Source: Caecitellus pseudoparvulus (taxonomy: Eukaryota > Protista > Bigyra: Bicosoecida). Taken from it: a DNA stretch of 64,000 nucleotides. Below the pieces are notes generated by a model. That model made no database searches, was not told the DNA's origin, and saw only the letters and a program-made list of their open reading frames with translations. The stretch covers positions 372,001 through 436,000 of the forward strand of contig CBFFRQ010000080.1 in assembly GCA_965644315.1 (NCBI GenBank). The letters are read 5' to 3'. Every line of letters begins with the position of its first letter. The first letter of the stretch is position 1. Positions 59,201 through 64,000 of this stretch are shown piece by piece. Made by a program: the position numbers and the translations under genes.

Positions 59201-62200
59201 CCTGGATGCCAAGCGTGCGAAGCGGCAGGCAGCTGAAGCTGCTGCTCAGGCCGCCCAACGTGCAGAATCCTTCGCAGCTGTGTCCTCCTTGCAGGTGGAA
59301 GGCAAGGCGGGCACATCGCACGGCGACGCGCTCGTGGGGGAGTGGCACAGTCGCACGGCTGCACGCCGAGAGCGTGCCATCGCCCGACAGCGCGCAGCCA
59401 AGGTGCAGGCGGACCGAGCCGCTGTGCGCAAGGTGGCCCGGCAGCGGGGGCAAGAGCTGCAGGAGAGCGCCAGTGCGGGGGAGCTGCGTGCGGCACAGGA
59501 GGCCTCCATGAAGCTGCTGGCCAAAATGGAGGCGGACGTGGGCGACGATGACCACGAGGCGGACGCGTGGCTGCGGGCGACGGCGGGGCGGCAGCTGGCC
59601 GGCTCCTCCACCCGCTTCGCAGTGCCAGTGCTGGCTGAAGGGCTGGCGTCGGCGGCGTACGCGACGCTGCAGGCCAGTGACAAGGGCCGCCAACGGCAGG
59701 ACTTCACCGTCACGCCGTGCATGGCGCTGTCTTCAGCGGGGCAGGCCGCCAAGCCGGTCACCATGGTGGGTGGCGCCCTGCGGGTGTCCCTGCCGCCCTC
59801 CCGCCTGCGCTCCGCCGCTAGCCTGCCGCACCTCATCATGGGCTCGGCCACCGCCCTGCCGCTGCCGCTGCCGCCGCCACCCCCCAAAGGCATGCCGCCG
59901 CCCACAGTGCTGGAGCGGGCAGACATGCCCCTCCTGCGCATCTCTGACGCCTTGGACAGTGCCCGCACCAGCCACGTGTCTGCCCTGCGACGCCTGGCTC
60001 AGACGACGGGTGCGGATGGGGGGCCTCTGGGCGTGCCGCTCTCTGCACGCACGGCACGTGGGATGCGCCTTGGGGCAGGGGGGGGCTACCGGCGCGCCAT
60101 GACGCCCCCTGGGCGCTGGCCTGGCCGCCGCGGCAGCTCGGGGGCCATGGCTGGAGGCATGGTGGGCTCCTTCGCCCTCTCTGCTGCTCTGCGCCAGATT
60201 GGCTCCCCCTCCTCCTCGCCTGCTAGCGCCGCCTCCCCTGACGGCGCCAGTCCACGGTCCATGCCGGACCCAGAGGTCTTTGCCGCTGCGCGGGCAGAGG
60301 TGCTGGCACGAGCGGCTGCCGCGACATCGGGAGGAGACGTCGTGTTCTCCACCCCGGTGCCGGTGGCCGCGGAGAAGGCTGGCCCTCGGGCGCTGTCCCC
60401 GGGCGCCCTGGCGCAGCACGACGCAGGGCAAGGTGCCATGGCCGCCACATTTGCGGCGGGCTCAGTGCCCTTCTCAGCCTCTAGCGTGCCCCTTGTACCA
60501 CGGGGCGAAGAGGGTGCCAGGGCCTCCTCTGCGCCATCCACGACACGAGAGGCACAGGCCCTGCCGCCCAGCACCTCCCACAAAGCCTTCTTGCCGCGGG
60601 AAGTGCGGGACACGCTGACGTCAGTGGAGCGGGGCCATGGCCCTCTGGGTGCTGCCGTCACCATCAACACCGCTGCCGTGTCGCCGCTGGCACACACGGG
60701 CCACTCCCCCGTCCACCAACGTGCCGGGGGACAGGGTTCGCCCCACGCCTCCACGCCAGCCAGCCGCTCACGGCCCCGTCTGCCGCCTGCCAGCGCCCGG
60801 GAGGTGGGCGAAAGCAAGGCATCTGTGACCAGCCTGCCCATGCCGCTGCAGGGGCGCCTGCTGACCGATGGAACCACGACGACTGTGGAGCGCGTCAAGT
60901 ACTACCACGAGACGGGGGCTGCCCACGGCGCCCTGCCGCCGTCCCTGGAGGGCATTGCACACCGCCAAGCCCTGGCCCATCGCCCAGCTGCACCCTCCGC
61001 CCGGGACATTTCTGTGGCCTCCACCGCGTCCTTGCGCCTGGGCTCGCCCCCTGTCAGCGGGCGTGTCAGCGCTGCCAGCAGCGCGGGGGCCGTGCACAAC
61101 CACGTGGACACCAAGCCCATCATCGGCTCCACCAGGCGGGGGGGCAAAGTTGGCGGAGCAGGGGCTTTCGGCAGGCTGGGCAGTAGCTCGGGGCGCGGCG
61201 GCGGGCGGGTGGGCGGCGGTGGCGGACTGATCGACCGCCTTCTCTCTCACAAGGACGTCGCCAACATGGACCCCGCTGAAATCGCAGAGGCCCTGCGGTA
61301 CGACGCGCCACAGCACGTCATCGCACGGTACGCCGAGGTGGGGCGGCGGCGCAAGCAGGCAGTGGAGGGCGGCGCCGCCTCCAGCCACCCCAGCGCCACG
61401 CGGCCGTCATCCACCTTTGTCTCTGCAGGGTCGCGCGTGCTGAGCAAGGAGGCGCTGGGCACCGGCTTCGCAGGCGGCGGAGGTGTCGGCCCAGGCACAG
61501 GGAAGGGCGTCACGGCAGGTGGGCGTGCCGCCGTGCTGGACACCCTGCGCAGCGAGTACGAAGACGTCAGCTGGCGCCAAGCTGCCGGGCGCGAGCCCAT
61601 CACGCCTCGTGTGGGGGCTGCTGGCAAGCACGGCAAGCCGCCCTCCACCGCTGAGGCGGGCAGCCGCATGCCTGCTGCGCCGTCTCTCGTGGATGCCGCT
61701 GCGGCGCACAGCGGGTCGGGGGTGGGGTCCAAGGCTGGTCAGCGTGGCAAGCGACACGCAGGCCCCATCCCGCCGTGGATGCAGCTCATGGCGGCGTCGG
61801 GGCACAAGCAGCGCGCCCTGCGAGACGTGACTGTGGCTGAGGCCGCCGGTGTCGAGATCGGCAGCGGCAAGGACCCCCTCATCACGCAGAGCGGCGTGGC
61901 CAGCCGCGCCTTGGCCATCCAGCAGGAGAAAGACGCCATTCGCCGCCTGGCTGCAGTGCGGGCGGGGGAGCTCCCAGACCGCGTGGGTGTGGAGGGGCCC
62001 ATCGTTCCATCTGAAGCAGGCGGCATCATCGCCGCAGGGGCCCAGCGCCGCCCTGACTGGGAGGACGAGTCGCGCCCCTGGCGCCAGGGCGCCGTCATTG
62101 AAGCTCGTGTGCGGGCGGCACTGGCAGGGCAGGAAGGGCCCAACGCCACCCAGGGGGCTCCGTTGGTACGCCCCCCCAGCTCCGCCCGGCCAGCCACGCG

Positions 62201-64000
62201 CTCATCCTCAGGCTTGTCGGGGCGCACGCAGCATGTGTATAATTCTGCTCGGGGCGTCACAGCCAAGCATGCGGGGCCCGCTGCTCCGTCAGCACCCACA
62301 CGGCGCAAGGGGGTGTTGGGCAAGCAGCAGCGAGCAGCGGTGCTGCGCGGCAAGGGCCGGCGTTTGAAGCCGGCTGCCTTCGCAACACAGGAGCGCAAAG
62401 CATCCACCCCAGACGAACTTGAGCGGGCGGAGTCCCACCAAGCCAGCGTCAGCGGTGGAGTGGAGGCGCCCGCCCGATTTGAAGTGCGGGATGCGCACGC
62501 TGCCGGCCCTGGGGAGGGGGAGGACCTGCACTTTGCCAACGAGTACGCAGCAGCCATCGCCGCCTCGTCCATGAAACCACGCTGGTCGGTGTCCAGCCTG
62601 GGTGCCCTGGGCCAGCTGGCGCAGCGTGCCTCGGAGGAGCGGTGGTCCAAGCAGACCCAAGCCGCCGAGGCTGAGCGGTTGTCCGAGGCGGTGCTGGGCT
62701 CGGCGGACACCGCGCCCGGCGCGGCACATGGAGCCGCTGGTGGCTTGCAGGTGACACATCGAGGCCTGCAGCGCGCCGGCACGTCAGCTGTGACCTTCGC
62801 CTCTGCCCGAGGCCTGGGCAGCACTGGCACGCTGGGGGGCTCCTTTGCCACGATGCCGAATTCCGGAGCCTCCTCTGCCCGCCTGGGCAGTGGTGGAGCT
62901 TCCTCCAGCAGGTTCATGCAGAGCATGCCCAAGCACGTCTTTGCAGACTGGGCGGGAGCTGGCGTCGGGCGCAGCTCAGTGCCCAGCCTTGCCCTGCCTA
63001 GCGAACAGTCCTCCAAGTCACAGGCAGAGGAGTCGCCTCAGCTGCAGGGTGAGGCGCTGTTGGACAGGGGCTTTGGGGCGGAGGCGGCCGCGGAGCCTGT
63101 GCCGCCTCCTCGCACAGCCACGGATACCCCCACCGCCTCCACCCAGCAGACCAGCGAAGGCGACGGGCCTGCAGACGAAGATGGCGACGCAGTGGCAGAG
63201 CTGCCCCAGAGCCCGATCGGGGGTGTGGAGGGGGGCGTACACCCTCCCCCCTCCGTGACGCCAACTGCTGCCGCGCCGTCCGTCATGGTGCACGCCCCCT
63301 GGCAGGGAGCAGCCGTGCAGGATGCCCCGAAGCGCACGGCTGGCAAGGTCACAGGGGCTCCCCTGCTCCCCCCGCCGCCCACTGGCATGCAGCGCCCAGC
63401 GGTCAGCGCATCCAGCATCGCCCAGTTCACCTCAGCGGCAGCGAGCACCAGCGACGTGGTGGAGACTGAGGCGCGCCACACTGCCGGCAGTGCTGGCGCC
63501 CACGTACCTGATGCTACGGGCTTTGGTGTGGCCGCGCCCGCCGTGTCTGTCGGCGTCTCCCCCATGCGCAGTCGAAGCGGTACGGCCTCCAGCCTGGACA
63601 GCGGCGAGGGGTCCACTGGCAGCCCCACAGCGCGCTCCCGCCGCCGCCACCTTTCCAGACACGCGCAGAAGTCGCACCAGTACACGACAGCTGAGCAGAA
63701 GATGGAGCGGGCAGCCCTGCCGCTGATGCTGCCTTCGGCAGTGAACGGCAAGCTGGTAGCTGCTCCAGCCGCAGCCGCCGTGCCTGACGCGCCTGAGGCC
63801 GCCCCGTCCACCCCCACGCCTGCGCCCCCCACACTGGTGACGACAGAGCCAGCACGGACGACGACGGTTGAAAGTGCGGATGGACTGGGGGATGGCGAGC
63901 TGGCTGGGCCGCTGCCGCCGGTGCACTCCCCCATGGGCCGCGCAGGCAGGCAGTCCACCACCGGCAGCGACGTCTTCTCCGAGCTGAGTGACGAGGAGGC
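56292..64000 (+). CDS. Giant (>2500 aa, truncated by window edge) protein with two CNB domains and long low-complexity tail
   Basis: Exon 1 56292-56468, intron 56469-56555, then the frame appears open to the window end (no terminated ORF of this frame is listed in the track). Motifs RILETPPRARGSHEV, LFTQGEKGDKYFLILRGQV, GAGFGEIAL, RNASAV, LPLFTDW, IFTRGSPVKGVYFIVTG, LGPGSVVGD. Confidence 0.75.
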   Translation, partial: MQGGQEATAAGSQAGASSAETGSTSQAPHEASALSESDVAPPVFRSHAARQKAEMEARQVCAAFLRRMRPSAPGQLFPLTCWLASHVQVSEMIMERKESWRLPSDHPEADVMSAIEAGHELDDVGGIVEAAGAGGDDAAPVESLLAPRSERQGGPGVEGGSAGASSGDGAQAEAPPPRPPAIQAPHPPGSVSGSDGEEEQDAEAAAAATKAKEEARILRILETPPRARGSHEVDFLAKYLRAKAPKLFADMPGEAVRTVARRATLHVSRPQEVLFTQGEKGDKYFLILRGQVDIHVATGNQAISALTRATREYADHVVEYTSRVERVSARRAAARVRAQRQALLGRKEASSEEAEAAAAEEEAAAQRSRRADALSSGMSDKDAALREEAHRYPPLLFTMADARTYPPGVAREGIVVRSEAAKRHDENAAKAQDSLYEQIAAQQAAQMMKRAAGGGGGDAERELELTTQAALALASQLNRKRLVGKITTAVTKGSQTPAAYRGVDFFQLLGSKLGYNNVHDKECPLRVPMTVQAKDLGNVVVTLPPGAGFGEIALLGAAQGMKPPPGQDDFTPAQKAEIEKLSKRNASAVCVGSKGFDAELGRVVGDDVQEAEDVAEARASPTGRGPGSPVRNAAGAAPGDFSKDAMFGAHPDDDRDKKSILRGLTYLLVIDKETYLESLTEKARQELDVKMQFLRHGMGLPLFTDWPTRRLTTIAYALKEKAFPLRAPIFTRGSPVKGVYFIVTGFVRVTAYAKRKAPPQGLAKTLGTSTKGMGSARSRVHQFALTNQRLPVSVVTLGPGSVVGDLGPKGVLPDARHTTSAVAESSTVTTFFLPQHDFLNLVMRQTDTWVAARLAAEGQRRMQGQRSAMASLGLSADILASLTPSQRSALGGPAEGVAAPEPYAFGYGDGNEYWETLQGVGSNRNVKFQADPKPAEDGLPPGILRDSAASAPRKAPRKPRKAKDALTQSILDAKRAKRQAAEAAAQAAQRAESFAAVSSLQVEGKAGTSHGDALVGEWHSRTAARRERAIARQRAAKVQADRAAVRKVARQRGQELQESASAGELRAAQEASMKLLAKMEADVGDDDHEADAWLRATAGRQLAGSSTRFAVPVLAEGLASAAYATLQASDKGRQRQDFTVTPCMALSSAGQAAKPVTMVGGALRVSLPPSRLRSAASLPHLIMGSATALPLPLPPPPPKGMPPPTVLERADMPLLRISDALDSARTSHVSALRRLAQTTGADGGPLGVPLSARTARGMRLGAGGGYRRAMTPPGRWPGRRGSSGAMAGGMVGSFALSAALRQIGSPSSSPASAASPDGASPRSMPDPEVFAAARAEVLARAAAATSGGDVVFSTPVPVAAEKAGPRALSPGALAQHDAGQGAMAATFAAGSVPFSASSVPLVPRGEEGARASSAPSTTREAQALPPSTSHKAFLPREVRDTLTSVERGHGPLGAAVTINTAAVSPLAHTGHSPVHQRAGGQGSPHASTPASRSRPRLPPASAREVGESKASVTSLPMPLQGRLLTDGTTTTVERVKYYHETGAAHGALPPSLEGIAHRQALAHRPAAPSARDISVASTASLRLGSPPVSGRVSAASSAGAVHNHVDTKPIIGSTRRGGKVGGAGAFGRLGSSSGRGGGRVGGGGGLIDRLLSHKDVANMDPAEIAEALRYDAPQHVIARYAEVGRRRKQAVEGGAASSHPSATRPSSTFVSAGSRVLSKEALGTGFAGGGGVGPGTGKGVTAGGRAAVLDTLRSEYEDVSWRQAAGREPITPRVGAAGKHGKPPSTAEAGSRMPAAPSLVDAAAAHSGSGVGSKAGQRGKRHAGPIPPWMQLMAASGHKQRALRDVTVAEAAGVEIGSGKDPLITQSGVASRALAIQQEKDAIRRLAAVRAGELPDRVGVEGPIVPSEAGGIIAAGAQRRPDWEDESRPWRQGAVIEARVRAALAGQEGPNATQGAPLVRPPSSARPATRSSSGLSGRTQHVYNSARGVTAKHAGPAAPSAPTRRKGVLGKQQRAAVLRGKGRRLKPAAFATQERKASTPDELERAESHQASVSGGVEAPARFEVRDAHAAGPGEGEDLHFANEYAAAIAASSMKPRWSVSSLGALGQLAQRASEERWSKQTQAAEAERLSEAVLGSADTAPGAAHGAAGGLQVTHRGLQRAGTSAVTFASARGLGSTGTLGGSFATMPNSGASSARLGSGGASSSRFMQSMPKHVFADWAGAGVGRSSVPSLALPSEQSSKSQAEESPQLQGEALLDRGFGAEAAAEPVPPPRTATDTPTASTQQTSEGDGPADEDGDAVAELPQSPIGGVEGGVHPPPSVTPTAAAPSVMVHAPWQGAAVQDAPKRTAGKVTGAPLLPPPPTGMQRPAVSASSIAQFTSAAASTSDVVETEARHTAGSAGAHVPDATGFGVAAPAVSVGVSPMRSRSGTASSLDSGEGSTGSPTARSRRRHLSRHAQKSHQYTTAEQKMERAALPLMLPSAVNGKLVAAPAAAAVPDAPEAAPSTPTPAPPTLVTTEPARTTTVESADGLGDGELAGPLPPVHSPMGRAGRQSTTGSDVFSELSDEE

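Noticed and set aside
1873-64000. Functional cluster of signalling and cilia genes (CNB-RGS, p101-like, PTEN, NEK, CEP164)
   Set aside because: They are interspersed with unrelated housekeeping genes, and such families are common in flagellate genomes. No evidence of non-random clustering.
1-64000. CRISPR arrays, rRNA, tRNA, prokaryotic operons or defence systems
   Set aside because: The sequence is intron-containing eukaryotic DNA. No regularly spaced repeats, rRNA signatures or tRNA cloverleafs were found by eye.

Overview
Very compact, GC-rich (mostly about 60-75% GC) eukaryotic chromosome segment with about 26 protein-coding genes, short (mostly 60-95 nt) spliceosomal introns and convergent gene ends often less than 25 bp apart. 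It is probably a flagellated protist, plausibly a heterotrophic stramenopile; this is inference, not proven. Recognisable genes: NSE3/MAGE, a CNB-PH-RGS signalling protein, YAK1-type kinase, SCYL1, TPK1, NEK kinase, DPH6, two TALE homeobox genes, a PIK3R5/p101-like protein, CDKAL1, HGSNAT, RPL21, an SPFH protein, a small FN3-CaaX protein, a TBC RabGAP, ABCG, CEP164 with an adjacent double-WW paralog, PTEN, and a giant CNB-domain protein running off the right edge. Main observations: (1) a head-to-head pair of dissimilar TALE homeobox genes sharing a 137-bp spacer, resembling a mating-type/life-cycle HD locus; (2) about 9 kb away, a 3-kb gene-free low-GC trough with mirror-image strand skew, a candidate centromere or replication origin; (3) a recurrent palindromic AATGCAY(T) motif at gene 3' ends and a recurrent CAATTTCCGC motif at 5' ends; (4) a triplicated CEP164 WW module with conserved intron positions. 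No rRNA, tRNA, CRISPR array or recognisable mobile element was seen. Exon models were built by eye, and family assignments come from recalled motifs rather than database searches.
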